64,000 nucleotides of DNA, from NCBI GenBank assembly GCA_963825865.1, contig CAWGVG010000044.1:1-64000 (forward strand). The letters run 5' to 3'. The position numbers were made by a program, and so were the translations under genes. Below the pieces are notes generated by a model. It saw nothing but the letters and a program-made list of their open reading frames with translations, did not search any database and had not been told where the DNA came from. The DNA is from an uncultured Nitrososphaeraceae archaeon (GTDB taxonomy: Archaea; Thermoproteota; Nitrososphaeria; Nitrososphaerales; Nitrososphaeraceae). This document shows positions 11,646 through 24,803 of the stretch, piece by piece. Each line of letters begins with the position of its first letter. Position 1 is the first letter of the stretch.

Positions 11646-12156
11646 TTATTCTATTACTGCTACAACATCATGTCTTGCAACAGTTGCACCTTCCTTTGCC
11701 CTTATTTCCTTGACATTACCATCTTTGTGAGCTTTAACCGCAACCTGCATTTTCATAGATTCTAGTATTACTAGTGCATCACCTTTCTTGACTGATGCTC
11801 CAGGTTTTGCCAAGATAGAAATCACTCTGCCTGGAATCTGGCTAGTTAAAATATTTTCTCCACCACCGGTTGTCAATGATAATGATTTTTCAAGCACCTC
11901 AGTCAGCTTAGAGTGTTTTTTTATTGTCAAAGGTTGACCGTCAATTGATATTTTTATTTCCGAACTGCTTGACTGAAGTATCTTAGCATGATGGAAGGAA
12001 TGATTTAATATAAACTCTGATTCATTAGTCCCCGATTTTAACAACTTGATGATATGCTCTTTTCCGCTTATCTTTATTAGAATAGATTCGTTGCCAAATG
12101 GTACTTATTATCTCACCTTCTACCGGCTGTGCTAGATCTCCCACTTTAAATTCCAT
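11646..12156 (-). CDS. accB: Biotin carboxyl carrier subunit of acetyl/propionyl-CoA carboxylase (frameshift at ~12100)
   Basis: SQIPGRV, ESMKM biotinylation motif; N-terminus MEFKVG.. from ATG at 12156. Confidence 0.92.
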
Positions 12157-13671
12157 TAAATCTCACCTCTTTTTCCATTTTGACTTTTGTAATCTAGCAG
12201 AGGCTGAATTAATACCACCTCTTCCTTTCTTAATAAATTCTGATTGCAAAAGGATTGCCGAATGGCTGCAGAAGATATTTTTCTTGACTGCTCTTTTGCA
12301 TCCTCATTCATTTTATCCAATAACTTGAACCTATCAATATAATCCGTGGAGAGTTCTCCCTTGATAAAATTTTGCTCATCCATTATTGTTTTATATAACG
12401 GAATTGTTGTGTTAATCCCTTCTATAGTAAATTCAGAAAGACCGTTCTTCATCCTTATCCGGGCTTCTTCAAAGTCTCTACCCCATGCAATTAGTTTTGC
12501 AACCAATGAGTCATAATATCCTGATGCAGTACATCCCGGATATAGGTATGTGTCCACTCTAATTCCAGGTCCGTAAGGTATGTTGCAGGTTGGGATTGGC
12601 CCAACAGAGGGCGTAAAGTCATAGAAAGGATCTTCAGCATTAATTCTACATTCTATAGCACACCCATGGATTTTTAGATCTTCCTGTTTGAACGGTATTT
12701 CTTCTCCTTGAGCTATCGCGATTTGTAATTTCACAAGATCAATCCCTGTCACTAGCTCGGTAACTGGATGTTCTACCTGCAGTCTCGAGTTGATCTCAAT
12801 AAAGTAAAAGTTTCCTTCCTCATCGCGTAAGAATTCTGCTGTACCCGCATTAAGATAATCTACCGCTACAGCTGCCCTTACAGCTATTTCCCCCACCTTC
12901 TCTCTGACTTTTTGATCTACTACTGGTGAAGGGGACATTTCGATAAGCTTCTGATGTCTTCTCTGTATAGAACATTCGCGTTCAAACAAATGTCGCGAAT
13001 TTCCATGTGAATCTATGATCAACTGGAATTCAATATGTCTAATTCTTTGAAGATACTTTTCAACAAAAAGTGCCGCTTTTCCAAAAGCAGCCTTTGATTC
13101 AGCAGATGCCATTTCAAATTCCTGTCTTAACTGCTTCTCGTCTTTGGCAAGTCTAATGCCCCTGCCTCCACCACCAAATGCAGATTTTAAGAGAACTGGA
13201 TATCCTGCATTATTAGCAATATCAGCTGCCTCTTCAACATCATCAATAATACCATCACTACCAGGAACAGTTGGAACTTTTGCCTCTTTCATAACTGCCT
13301 TGCATTTCATTTTGTCCCCTGTAACTTCCATGGCCTTACTTTTTGGCCCAATAAATATGATTCCATTCCTTTCACATGTTTGTACAAAGTTTTCATTTTC
13401 AGATAGAAATCCATAGCCAGGATGAATTGCATCTGCTCCTACCGCCTTTGCAGTTTCAATGATTTTGTTCATATTGAGATAACTTTCTGACGCAGTCGCT
13501 GGCGCCAATATAATAGGCTTCGTCAGCTCTTTTGACATGAATTGCTTTAGTATCCTCATCTGAATAAACTGCGATTGATTTTATTCCTAACTCTCTGCAA
13601 GCACGTATGATTCTTAGAGCAATTTCGCCTCTATTTGCGATTAAAATGCTAGAGATTTTGTATGCCATCAT
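12156..13671 (-). CDS. accC: Biotin carboxylase subunit (frameshifted)
   Basis: [47 protein letters not shown]. Confidence 0.96.
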
Positions 13672-13704
13672 ATGTCACCATTCTCTATATCATATCATGC
13701 TTGA

Positions 13705-15247
13705 CTATAAGTTCATGTTTCCATGTTTCTTCCATGGTCTAGATTCTTTCTTATTTGCTAATGCATCAAGGGCACGAATTATCATCGGTCGAGTTTCTAG
13801 AGGATCTATCACTGAGATCAATAACGCCATTTTCAGCTGCTATATATGGATTAGCAAATCTGTCACGAAATTCCTTTGCAAGTTTCTTTTTAGTCGCCAC
13901 CACATCTGCAGACTGTTTCAAATCTCTTCTATGGATAATTGTAATCGCTGCTTCTGGACCAAGTACAGCTATTTCTGCTGTTGGCCACGCATAGTTTACA
14001 TCAGCTCTCAGGTTCTTGCTACCCATAGCAATATACGCACCACCATATGCTTTACCAATAATGCAAGTGATCTTTGGAACTGTCGCTTCACAATATGCAA
14101 ATAGTAGCTTACTACCATGCCTAATAATTCCATTGTGTTCCTGGTCGCTTCCTGGAAGATATCCTGGGGTATCTACAAGAGTTACAATAGAAATGTTAAA
14201 TGCATCACAGAATCTGATAAAACGTGCGGCCTTGCTTGATGAATTTATATCCAACGCTCCAGCGAGATACATAGGTTGGTTAGCAACAATTCCTACCGAT
14301 CTTCCACCCATTCTTGCAAAACCCACAACTATATTCTCTGCAAACAATTCATGAATTTCCAAAAATTCTCCGTTATCTACAATTGACTTTATTATTTCCT
14401 TGATGTCGTACCCTTGATATGGATTTTCGGGAAGAATATCTATCAGATTAGAATCAATCCTATTCGGATCATCTATACTTTCAACTAAGAGAGTTTCTTC
14501 AGTATTATTTTGTGGAATATATGACAACAACTTCTTTATTTTATCCATACAGTCATATTCATTTTTGGCTATAAAGTGTGCAACACCAGATTTTGTTGCA
14601 TGTGTTTTGGCGCCTCCTAAATCTTCAAATGATACTTCTTGACTTAGCACTTCCTTTACTACTTCAGGACCAGTGACAAACATTTGACCAATGTTTTCTA
14701 CCATTACAACAAAATCTGTCATTGCTGGAGAATATACTGCACCACCAGCGCATGGACCAATACTAGCAGTTATCTGTGGTATTACTCCTGATGCCATTGT
14801 ATTTCTAAAAAAAATATCTCCATACCCATCAAGACTCATTACACCTTCTTGAATTCTTGCACCACCAGAGTCAAGTATACCAATAAGTGGCGCACCAACT
14901 TTCATGGCATGATCCATCACTTTAACAATCTTCCTTCCTGCCATTTCACCTAACGATCCCCCTAAAATTGTAAAGTCATATACATAAACGAAAACTTGTC
15001 TACCGTCTACTGTGCCAAATCCAGTAATTACACCATCACCATAGTATTTCTTGGTATCAGGGTCATCTCCTCTATGTGTTACATATTTGTCAATTTCTAC
15101 AAAAGTACCCTCATCTAAAAGAAGATCAATTCTTTCTCTTGCAGTAAGCTTGCCTTTGGAGTGCTGGGCTACAATCTTTTCCTGGCCGCCGCCATCTTCA
15201 GCCAATTTTTTCATATTATATAACCGCTTGATTTTCTCTTCATGCAT
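13705..15247 (-). CDS. pccB: Acyl-CoA carboxylase carboxyltransferase subunit (3HP/4HB cycle)
   Basis: GKLTARERI, DSGGARIQEG, GPCAGGAVYSPA, KAYGGAY; C-terminal KKHGNMNL after a frameshift. Confidence 0.95.
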
Positions 15248-15418
15248 GGCTGTGCATTTTATGCCAAGGGTAGCATATATATATTAATTATAGAATATCT
15301 ATTATTTGCATTTTACTAATGGCCTTTGAGCCTAGGGCTATTTATTTATTTTAATTTTTCCTACCAAAAAATTATCGTTTCATATCTGGCATACAGACAC
15401 TCATATACTCGCTAATGA

Positions 15419-15632
15419 TTATTCCCTGAGTCCAGCTCGTCCACCGCGTGCTCTACGAAAATAGTTCATTCCAAGATTATAGTTCTCAAATAGAGATTGC
15501 AATGTCTCTATTTCAGTTACGAGTATTTCGATTTTTTCCTTGTTAAATTCAGGAGCTTTTCATTAATCCATCTAATTTTTCTTTCTTTTCAGCCAACAAC
15601 TTGCCTACGTTATGTTCGTATTCACTCGACAT
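15419..15632 (-). CDS. Small hypothetical coiled-coil protein, missed by the ORF track because of one frameshift
   Basis: Manual translation MSSEYEHNVGKLLAEKKEKLDGLM / APEFNKEKIEILVTEIETLQSLFENYNLGMNYFRRARGGRAGLRE*. Confidence 0.6.
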
Positions 15633-15668
15633 GCTCAGAAATACTGAATAATTAGATTTTATTGTGAT

Positions 15669-15991
15669 TTAACCTTTGCTACTGGTTATAGATTTGTAAT
15701 GAACTGTTGTATAGGTACGTATACATGCTTGAGAAACCGTTTTCTGATCACAGTGTGGTTCATATACGCAATTGACACATCCAGCACGTCTTCTGCATAT
15801 AAAATATGACAAGATACTAGTAATAGGTGACTCAGATTTGTGTTGTATATTACATCTCATATATGTTTAATAGTTTTTGATGCTTTTGACCATAATGCGT
15901 ATTCTCCAAAGGAAATTTCTTTTCCACATTCCTTGCACTTGCCTTTGTATTTTACCATGAGCATAATCCAGTCCGACGGTCGCTGGTTCAT
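15669..15991 (-). CDS. Cys-rich putative zinc-binding protein coupled to rfcL (frameshifted)
   Basis: MNQRPSDWIMLMVKYKGKCKECG..KH / RC..C...AGCVNC....C.....SQAC; ATGA overlap with the rfcL stop. Confidence 0.6.
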
Positions 15992-17225
15992 CTTTTTCCC
16001 CCTAGGTGATTCATCTCTTTCGTTAGTGCCTCGCCAGACTTTTCATCAAGATTTAAAACATTTACGAAGTCTTTTGGATCCACTTTTTTATCAATCAGTA
16101 TTCGAATAAGATAAGGTAAGCATATTGAACCAAAGATACTTGTTGAAGTATGATTCTCCTGTGCCAGTTCTAATAACAAATTTTTCATAGACCTCCCTCT
16201 AACAAAAATAGGTCCCATTATTGGCCAGCTCAAACCATACTGGTTATATTTTATTCCTTTATTGCGTGAATCTTGAAATAAACCATATGCAATTATATTG
16301 TCAATATACCTTAGAAGACTCCATTGTCTATTTTCTCCAATCCGTCCCACTATAATGTCTGCTTTAGAAAGCACGTCGAGAATAGGCAGCGAGACTGTCA
16401 AGATCAATTTTTGAAGATACTATACTTGAAAATAAGGCATTGATCATATCCTTACGCCTTTCTTCAGTTGACATTCCAAAGCGTGGATCTCGATAAGATG
16501 CATCTGCTTGCAATAAAAATGCTTTTGCCTCCTCTTGGTCACCAGAAGAAAAATAACCGTTTATTGCATCTGCAATATCAATTTCAAAGGTATCTTCTCG
16601 AGTTGTCTTGTATCCTGCAAATTTTGACTGTGCGCCATTTAACAATGAGCGAACGTCTCCATGGTCTGCTATTTACAATTGAAACTTTTTGGTCTAAATC
16701 CAATTTTTTGTCCTCCTTCTTTAGAACGTAATCCAAAAAGAGCATCAGCAGCCTAGGAGGAATGGGATTGAATTCTATGACCTTACATACCTTAACCAGT
16801 TCTTTAATCTTCGTGTGACGGAGATTAGCAGCCATGATTATAGGAATAATTGGCTCCTTGATCATTCTTATAAGAAATTCCATTCCGCCAGCATCTTCTC
16901 TACTGGAAATTCCGTCAACTTCATCTAGAAATAATAACATTTTTTTTCCAAAGATACTTGCATTGTCAAACATTGGCCTCATCTGGCTTTCTAGTTCTTC
17001 TCTGTTTCTTGTGTCACTAGCATTCATTTCTATTAAATCATAATCCAATAATCGTGCTAATGCCTGTACAAGTGATGTCTTACCAACGCCTGGAGGTCCA
17101 ATTAGAAGAAGAGGTTTACTGCCATTAATCCATTCAGACAGCCATTTTACCACTGCAAACCGAGAGTCTTCGTTTCCTATCATTTGTTCGACTGTGAGTG
17201 GACGGTAGACTTCAGACCACATCAT
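15988..17225 (-). CDS. rfcL: Replication factor C large subunit (3 fragments)
   Basis: WSEVYRP, GPPGVGKT, EMNASD.R, FLDEVDG, GDVR. Confidence 0.9.
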
Positions 17226-17278
17226 ATTTAATCATTATTATTTTTTTCAAAAAATAATTAACAAAAACCCATATTAAT

Positions 17279-18439
17279 CTACTTTTTTACTAGGGCCTTT
17301 GTGTTTTTGTCAAAATTTATGAGTGCCTTTGTGTTCTTCTCAAAATAAGGAAATAAGTTACGCCTGACCATTTCATTATACCAATATTCATTATAATGAC
17401 TTATTGTGAGAAGCAGAAATTCGAGAATTGGTGTAAGTTTAAAGTCTTCTGGAAGTGTATCAATCGCGATCTTTGCATCATCCCGAAAAATTTTACTCTT
17501 TTTCAATGTAAGTTCGAAACCTTTCTTTACATCTCCTGCATTAAGAGAATAGTAAAGAGGCCAAGATGGAATTTTAATTGAACCATTCTTTAAAGCATCT
17601 TCAATTTCGTTCCCGCAACCAACACATTCACCTGCCTTAGCCATACCTAAGTGGAATATTTCACCTAATGGCTTATGATTTAATGCCATATTTCTCCCAG
17701 CACAGCCCATTACTGCACGGTATTTCTTGTAGCATCCAATCATATTTTCATCAGAGATTGATTCGGGCTTCATTTTCAACTTGGAATCAATATACTGTCC
17801 GATTCTTGCATCCTTGAATCCTTCTTCAAATGCTTTTAAGACAAGATCTCCACCTTGAGAAATTTTTTGTCTTGCAATTTCTAGGATGTATGGACTCATC
17901 AGTTTGTAATCGTCAAGATATTCAAGATCTTCATCTCTGTCAATAATTCTATCCATCGGTTCACTTAAGTCAATTGCAATAATATGACCATCGATGATTG
18001 CATTTTTCATTTCAATTGGAATATTTTCGTTTAAATATTCTGAGGCACCGTCAAATAAAGCAGTGAAAACCGGAAATGTCATCTTGACAAAATTAGAATT
18101 TAATATTCTTCCTACTCGATCCGCAAGTATTTCAGGTTTTGAGAGTCTTAATTTGACATCATTTATCTTCTGGTCATCTAAATCAAATTCGGATGATCCC
18201 ACCTCCTCTATAAATTTTTTCAGTGTGACAGACGGATTAGCATCAGTAGTAATATTTTCATGCAATGAAAGAAGGAACCTCTTTGTAAACTCTGGAAATT
18301 CTTGCTCCATCTTTTGCTTGTATTTATCATATTGCTTATAGCCTGTTTCTCGAAGTAGTATCTGTTTTAGGATATTCTTGCCGGATCTAGTGCTCATTAA
18401 ACCAAACTTTGTAAAGACAGATTCGTCCTTGCTACTCAT
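17279..18439 (-). CDS. Conserved hypothetical protein (386 aa, helical)
   Basis: Long intact ORF with its own TATA-like upstream sequence; no family motif recognised. Confidence 0.8.
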   Translation of the reverse strand: MSSKDESVFTKFGLMSTRSGKNILKQILLRETGYKQYDKYKQKMEQEFPEFTKRFLLSLHENITTDANPSVTLKKFIEEVGSSEFDLDDQKINDVKLRLSKPEILADRVGRILNSNFVKMTFPVFTALFDGASEYLNENIPIEMKNAIIDGHIIAIDLSEPMDRIIDRDEDLEYLDDYKLMSPYILEIARQKISQGGDLVLKAFEEGFKDARIGQYIDSKLKMKPESISDENMIGCYKKYRAVMGCAGRNMALNHKPLGEIFHLGMAKAGECVGCGNEIEDALKNGSIKIPSWPLYYSLNAGDVKKGFELTLKKSKIFRDDAKIAIDTLPEDFKLTPILEFLLLTISHYNEYWYNEMVRRNLFPYFEKNTKALINFDKNTKALVKK

Positions 18440-18605
18440 GGTATATGACTTTGAGTAACATATCTCATTATTTAACTATTCATATCAAGAAATATATATA
18501 TAAATTAATTTTAAGATTACATTCAGGCGTTTTATAAAAAATATTTATCTGATAAAAAATAGTGGATGGGTACCATCAAATAAAGAGCAGAAGAAAAAGA
18601 TACTC

Positions 18606-19215
18606 TCAACGCGAAGCCATTGCAATACGTTCTTGCTCATTCTTTTTCTTTACAGCATGGCTTGCCATATCATTATTGGATGCCAAAATGATCTCTCTCA
18701 GCTAGCACCTCCTCAATTGCATGAGGGTTAGAATATGTAGATTCTTTTACACCTTGAGCCATAAATCGAAGTGCAAGGTCCACTCTTCGCAATGGTGCAA
18801 CATCTACTGACACATGATAAACAACGCCACCATAAACTATACGAGTTGTATCTTCATTGGGAGAAGAGTTCTCGATTGCCCTCACAAGCAATTCTACTGG
18901 ATTCTTACCTGTTTCTAGATGAATAATGTCAAATGCAGTTCTAACTACATTAAATACTCTCATCTTTTTGCCGCCCATTCTGCCAGTATTCTTTGCATAT
19001 TTCTTACCAAAATGCATCATATCGTTGGCCAATCTTTCGATAATGTTCACTTCAGCCTTTTTAAATCTGTGATGTTCATGTCTTCCAAAGGTAATTGGGA
19101 TTACAACTGATGGTTTTAAGGAAATTACCTTTTGCAGTCCTAGATCACTTACTTCAATTTTACTAGTATCCCATTTATTGAACAATAAAATATTTACATG
19201 TTCCTTGCCGCTCAT
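18606..19215 (-). CDS. rps7: 30S ribosomal protein uS7 (C-terminal frameshift)
   Basis: LFNKWD, NSSPNEDTTRIVYGG, VDVAPLRRVDLALR, EQERIAMASR. Confidence 0.97.
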
Positions 19216-19220
19216 TTAGT

Positions 19221-19658
19221 TCATCTCCTCGGTTTTTCCTTTCTGCCATAAACAAGCTCTTTAAGTGATACACCATTTACTTTGAAAACTTGCCACCTAA
19301 CACCAGGTATATCACCCATAGCTCCCCCCATTGATCCTCCAATACCCTCTAATATCACCTCATCGTGTTCGTCGACGAAGTTTAGAGCACCATCCCGTGG
19401 AAGGAAAGCCGTAACCGATTTACCATTTTTTATTAACTGTACTCTGACACATTTTCTAACGGCAGAATTGGGCTGTTTTGATTCGATACCTACCTTTTCT
19501 AACACAATGGCTCTTGCTTGAGGCGCGCCTTCTAACGGGTTAGCTTTTTTATCAAGCATCAGCATTCTTCTCTTGTAATACTTGTTTGCCCATCTGGCCC
19601 GATTCCTTTTTGTTCTAATAACGCGGCCAGCGAATAATCCTAATGGAGATTTTGCCAT
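19221..19658 (-). CDS. rps12: 30S ribosomal protein uS12
   Basis: [22 protein letters not shown]. Confidence 0.98.
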   Translation of the reverse strand: MAKSPLGLFAGRVIRTKRNRARWANKYYKRRMLMLDKKANPLEGAPQARAIVLEKVGIESKQPNSAVRKCVRVQLIKNGKSVTAFLPRDGALNFVDEHDEVILEGIGGSMGGAMGDIPGVRWQVFKVNGVSLKELVYGRKEKPRR

Positions 19659-20138
19659 TCATATATTCAACTCATTGCTATTATTTGGAGTTTGTTCTTC
19701 GCTTATTATAAGTACATTGGATATTTGGAAGTATCGCTTTGCAAGCAGCCTTGCCTTTTCAGCGTTTCTACCCTCTCGGCCTACCACTATACCCTTTTTC
19801 TTGGCATCTACAATAACAACAGCCTGCTTTGTGCCGTCCATTCTTTCATTGATTTTTACTTGGTTAATCATATCGGAGTTTAGAGTATTGCAGATAAACT
19901 CAGAAGCATCGTCAGAATATTCAACAAGCTCGACTTTTTTTGCCACAACGTTTTGTAATTGCTTGATTGTCGCTCCACCCTTACCAATTGCAAGACCCAT
20001 TTGACCTTTATTGACAATAAAAATTACTCTTTCCATCTTCTCGTCTACAATACAGTCTCTTGCTGTGGCACTGGTAATACTTTGAAACAGAGATATTAAG
20101 CGTAGTTCGTCAGAAGTTAATTTAATCTTCTCAGTCAT
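19659..20138 (-). CDS. nusA: Archaeal NusA (two KH domains)
   Basis: GLAIGKGG, GIVVGREGRN, AKRYF. Confidence 0.94.
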   Translation of the reverse strand: MTEKIKLTSDELRLISLFQSITSATARDCIVDEKMERVIFIVNKGQMGLAIGKGGATIKQLQNVVAKKVELVEYSDDASEFICNTLNSDMINQVKINERMDGTKQAVVIVDAKKKGIVVGREGRNAEKARLLAKRYFQISNVLIISEEQTPNNSNELNI

Positions 20139-20666
20139 ACTCTACAACCTCTAAAATAGTAACAGTAATCTGAATTTGGTAACATCAAACGACAATTCAT
20201 GCTGATTGATGAAGTCCAATTTAAGTCTTCATGCCAAAGATTTTGTTGTAGAAATAAGTTTTAACCTCATTGCATTATTATAATCACAATTGATTGAACT
20301 AATATCTCTGCCTTTTTCTTGCCATAGTTGTCGAATATACTATCATCACGGTCCAACTACATAAGTGAAATCATAATATACGAACCTTTGCATGACGAGC
20401 ATGAATACAAAAATTGGTTTAACTTTTGCAAAGCATAATAAATTCACCTTTTACCTCATCATTAAACATTAGCGCTTCCTCTGAAAGGAATGCTTTAATA
20501 TATTAATAAACAAAATAATCTTTTGATTTTTTATAGAACCATTTAGTCATCAATGATCTAGTTCTTAGCGATACTAAAAATGAAATCAAAGAAGATCATT
20601 CATAGTATTTGATCAGTGTGAGAATTGTCACGAATCTCTATTATTTTTCATATACAAAATTTCAAT

Positions 20667-20981
20667 TTAGGTTTTCTTTTCTTTATCTGAAAATATTGAG
20701 TTAATTGCTGCATCCGTGCCACTCTTTAGTGCGATTACACTAATTCTAAAAGGCTTATTACACAATTTACCTAGTTGTAAAGAATTACCGTTAAACTGGT
20801 AAAGAGGAACACTCGATGATTTAGCTAGTTCTTCCAAATGTAAGCGATTTTTAGAATCAAGAGAATTTGAAAGTATTATAAGTTTTGAACCTTTTACAGA
20901 CTGTAATACTTCTTTTGTTCCGCTCTTGTATTTGTGAGCGGACACTGCATCCTTAACTACTTTCTCGATTGCCTTCGCCAT
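20667..20981 (-). CDS. rpl30e: 50S ribosomal protein eL30 (L7Ae family)
   Basis: GTKEV, KLIILS, LGKLCNKPFRIS; position after rpoA. Confidence 0.9.
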   Translation of the reverse strand: MAKAIEKVVKDAVSAHKYKSGTKEVLQSVKGSKLIILSNSLDSKNRLHLEELAKSSSVPLYQFNGNSLQLGKLCNKPFRISVIALKSGTDAAINSIFSDKEKKT

Positions 20982-23900
20982 TTTGTTCCTTCACCATCAT
21001 GTATAGATCTACCATTCCGGTCCCGACAGGCACAGTAGCACCAACTATAACGTTTTCTGTTACACCTCTTAATGTTTCAACCTGTCCTTCCAGAGATGCC
21101 CTAGCAATAGTTGGAACTGTAATTTCGAATGCCGCTCGTGCCAGAACTGATGTCTTAGTTCCTGCAATACCGTGTCTACCAATCTGTTGTAGATATCCCT
21201 TTGATGTCATAAGATCTGCTACAAGCATAATGTGTCTTGTATCGACTTCAAGACCCTGCTCTTCTAGCGTGTTTATAATCTCCTTTACAAGCGCCGTACG
21301 TGCGGCTTCAATTCCAAGCGTCTGCCATATTTCATAAACATTATTTGTTGTGACTCTAGATGTATCGACTCCCTCAATTGCCACCACTTTCGCAAGATTG
21401 GATCCTGCAGTTTGAATAACCCATTCCTCATCCTGTTTTACGATAGTAACCCTTTCAATGTCAGGTACCCCTTTAACCCTCGTATTTAGCAGTTTATTTT
21501 TTAATGTCAAAAGTGTCTGCGCGTCTGGCTCGTCAGGAGCAGTTATCTTAATAAAAAGCCTTTTTTCATTCATAGCAATTTCATACTTCTTCTTTGAACC
21601 TTTTAGCACTTCGTAAGCCTCTCGTAGTTCACAACCTCGTTCTATAAGTTTAGATTCAGACAGGTGAAATGTAAGTATACCACTATAGTCTGTATCTGTC
21701 TTTTCAACCAAGTCACTCACTCTTGTAAAAATAATTTCCCTTGCAACTTCAAGCGCTTTTTCTCGTGATATCATATGAGATTTGTCAAGATATATGTCCA
21801 TAGTAGGCGTAACGGGTTTCTTTCTAGCATCTACCAATTCAATTAGCCTAGGAAGACCTAAGGTAACATTTCTCTCCTTTACTCCCGCAAAGTGGAATGT
21901 TCTAAGCGTCATTTGAGTGCCAGGTTCACCAATAGACTGAGCCGTCACAACTCCCACCGCTTCTCCAGGCTCTGCCAATGCCCTTTCAATGAGGTCAAGG
22001 GTCTTTTTCAACACTTTCTCAATTCCTTCTTTGCTTAATCTGTTCTCAAACAGAGCTTTTTCCAAATTATTCTTAAGTCTAGGGTTAAGATTCTCAGCAT
22101 ATTTAGCAATGATATCCTTAATATCATGTTCTGTTGCTTTTCTACCTTCATCAACTATGGATTCACTTTCGATTAATCTGGAAATGTTAACTGCCTCACC
22201 ATGATCGCTTTTTGCGGGGTCAATTCCATCCTCGCCATAAACATACTGAAAAATGTTTCCATGAGGATCTCGTACAGTTTGATCATATTCTATTTTCAGA
22301 TGCTCAAGGGCATTTATCAATCTTCTCTGCATATAACCAGATTGCTGTGTTCTGACTGCAGTATCTACCAAACCTTCTCTACCACCCATCGCATGGAAAA
22401 AGAATTCTAATGGACTCAGCCCATCCCGATAATTCGACTTTATAAAACCTTTTGCATCAGGATTAGTGTCATTCTTTTTGAAATGTGGGAGAGATCTATT
22501 GTGATATCCTTTATCAATTCTCTTTCCTCTTATAGATTGCTGACCCAGTGCAGCAGTCATTTGGCCAATGTTAAGAGTAGAACCTCTGGCACCAGTAGAC
22601 GCCATGATCACACCAGAGTTATCGTCAGGAAATGCTCTATCTGCAGTTTTGCCTGCTCTATCTCTTGCTCTTGATAGTTCATTGACTACATATAGTTCTA
22701 ATGCTTCATCTGGAGCAAGGCCCCTAGTTAGAGGGAGCGTTCCATCATTATATTGCTGAATCAGCTCATGAACCTTTTCGTAGGCTTTCTGGATAACATC
22801 GCTGATCTCCAATCTTGTCTCCTCGTTCAGCCACAGGTCAGAATAACCGTAACTAAATCCTATATGTGTGATATATGTCTTTAGCATGGTAAGTATTGAA
22901 TCCAGGAATTTTCTTGCTGTGTCGTTACCATAATCTTTTGCAATTCTGTGCAGAACACTATCTGGCTCTTCTGCACCGATTGATGCCTTGTCAATAACTC
23001 CACTGATCAGTTCTCCATTTTTGATAACAACATCTTTTCCTTCACGCTTTGTGGCTTTGTTCCACTTCGAAGTAATTATGAAGTTAAAGTCCTTTGGAAA
23101 GAAGAGTGAGAAAAGCTCTTTACCCGAATATATTCTCATTCCATCCTTGTTCAATTTTGGTTCTGGAAGGGCTCCATTGTAGCCTCCAATAAGAGCTAGG
23201 TTTGCAAATTCTTCTTTCGTTAATGTTGTCTCGTCCCTAGTTAGAATGAAGGCTCCTGTGATAAAGTCTCTTATCCCGCCAATGATAGGTCCACCGTACC
23301 TTGGAGAGATCAGTTGATCTTGAACTCTCATCAAGAAGAGCAGCTTCTGCCCTCGCCTCTTCACTTTGTGGAACATGTAAGTTCATTTCATCTCCATCGA
23401 AATCGGCGTTGTATGGCGGACAAACTGCAGGATGCAATCTAAAAGTACGATAGGGTAGAACCTCTAACATAGTGAGCCATAATCGACATTCTATGCAGAG
23501 AAGGCTGTCTGTTAAAAATTACAATATCTCCATCCGACAGATGCCTTTCTACCATATAGCCAAGTCGCAAGTGAATCTGCGATTATCTTTCTGTCGCTGA
23601 CATAATCAAGCCTAATCTTGACACCATCGGGTCTGATAATATAGTTAGCCCCAGGATATGTGTTGGGACCATTAATGACTAATTTCTTTAATCTTTCAAG
23701 GTTCCAATCTGAACACTGTTTCTGGAATAGTGAGTTTCTTTGCAACATCTACAGGTACTCCCACATTCGAAATTGTAAGATTAGGGTCTGGCGAAATCAC
23801 AGTTCTACTTGAAAAGTCTACTCTTTTACCTGAAAGCGAACCTCTGAATCTACCCTCTTTTCCCTTCAACCTCTGAGTAAGAGTCTTAAGCGGCCTACCA

Positions 23901-24778
23901 GATCTGTGATGAGCTTGGGGAATTCCTGAAACTTCGTTGTCAAAGTATGTTGTAACATGATATTGTAATAAGTCTACCAAATCCTGGACAATAAGTGGTG
24001 GAGTTCCTGCCTCTTTGCTTTCTTTCAGTCTTTGGTTGACTCTTATGATGTCTACAAGTTTGTGTGTCAGATCATCTTCTGATCTTATTCCAGTTTCCAG
24101 AATAATAGAAGGTCGCACTGTAACTGGCGGTACTGGCAAAACCTGCAATACAAACCATTCAGGCCTAGCCGTACTCGGATCATAACCTAAAAGCGTCAGG
24201 TCATCGTCAGAAATATGGACAAGTCTTTCTCTTATAGTAATCGGAAGTAGTCTGTTTTCACCAGCATCAGTTTTCTCTACAAAAATTGTTGGTTTTGTGA
24301 AAATCAAATCATATTGATCTTTCTGGCAATGAGGACAAATTTTTACCTTTTTTGCCTTTTCAATAATATCGTCCTTGACATTTTCTAATGTAATTACTGC
24401 GTATGCCGCCTTACTATCTCTGAGGGCCTTGTATTTAGCAAGATCTTCAGGCTTTAATTTGATTCTATTACATGATCTACAGGTGATTAAAAGGAGTTTG
24501 TGAATATCATCAACAAAAGCAATATGTAATACTGGCTCTGCTAATTCAATATGTCCAAAGTGACCAGGACATTTTGCAGACGTATTACCACATGTAGCAC
24601 ATTTCTGACCTGGCTCTAATGTTCCAAGCCGGTTGTCCATCAGTCCACCTTGCACTGGCATACCATCTTCATCATATGTTTCTGGAGCGGTTATCTCAGC
24701 TACACTAAACTTACGAACTTCTACTGGAGACCATACACTAAACCTTATCCCACCAAGGATTTTTACTGATTCTTCCAA
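20953..24778 (-). CDS. rpoA: RNA polymerase largest subunit Rpo1 (A' and A'' fused; several indels)
   Basis: [54 protein letters not shown] continuing in frame from the A' part. Confidence 0.97.
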
Positions 24779-24803
24779 TTTCTTACACTGCTCCTATTAT
24801 CTG

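Noticed and set aside
20953-24778. Fused RpoA'/A'' as a novelty
   Set aside because: An unsplit largest subunit is a known trait of Thaumarchaeota.
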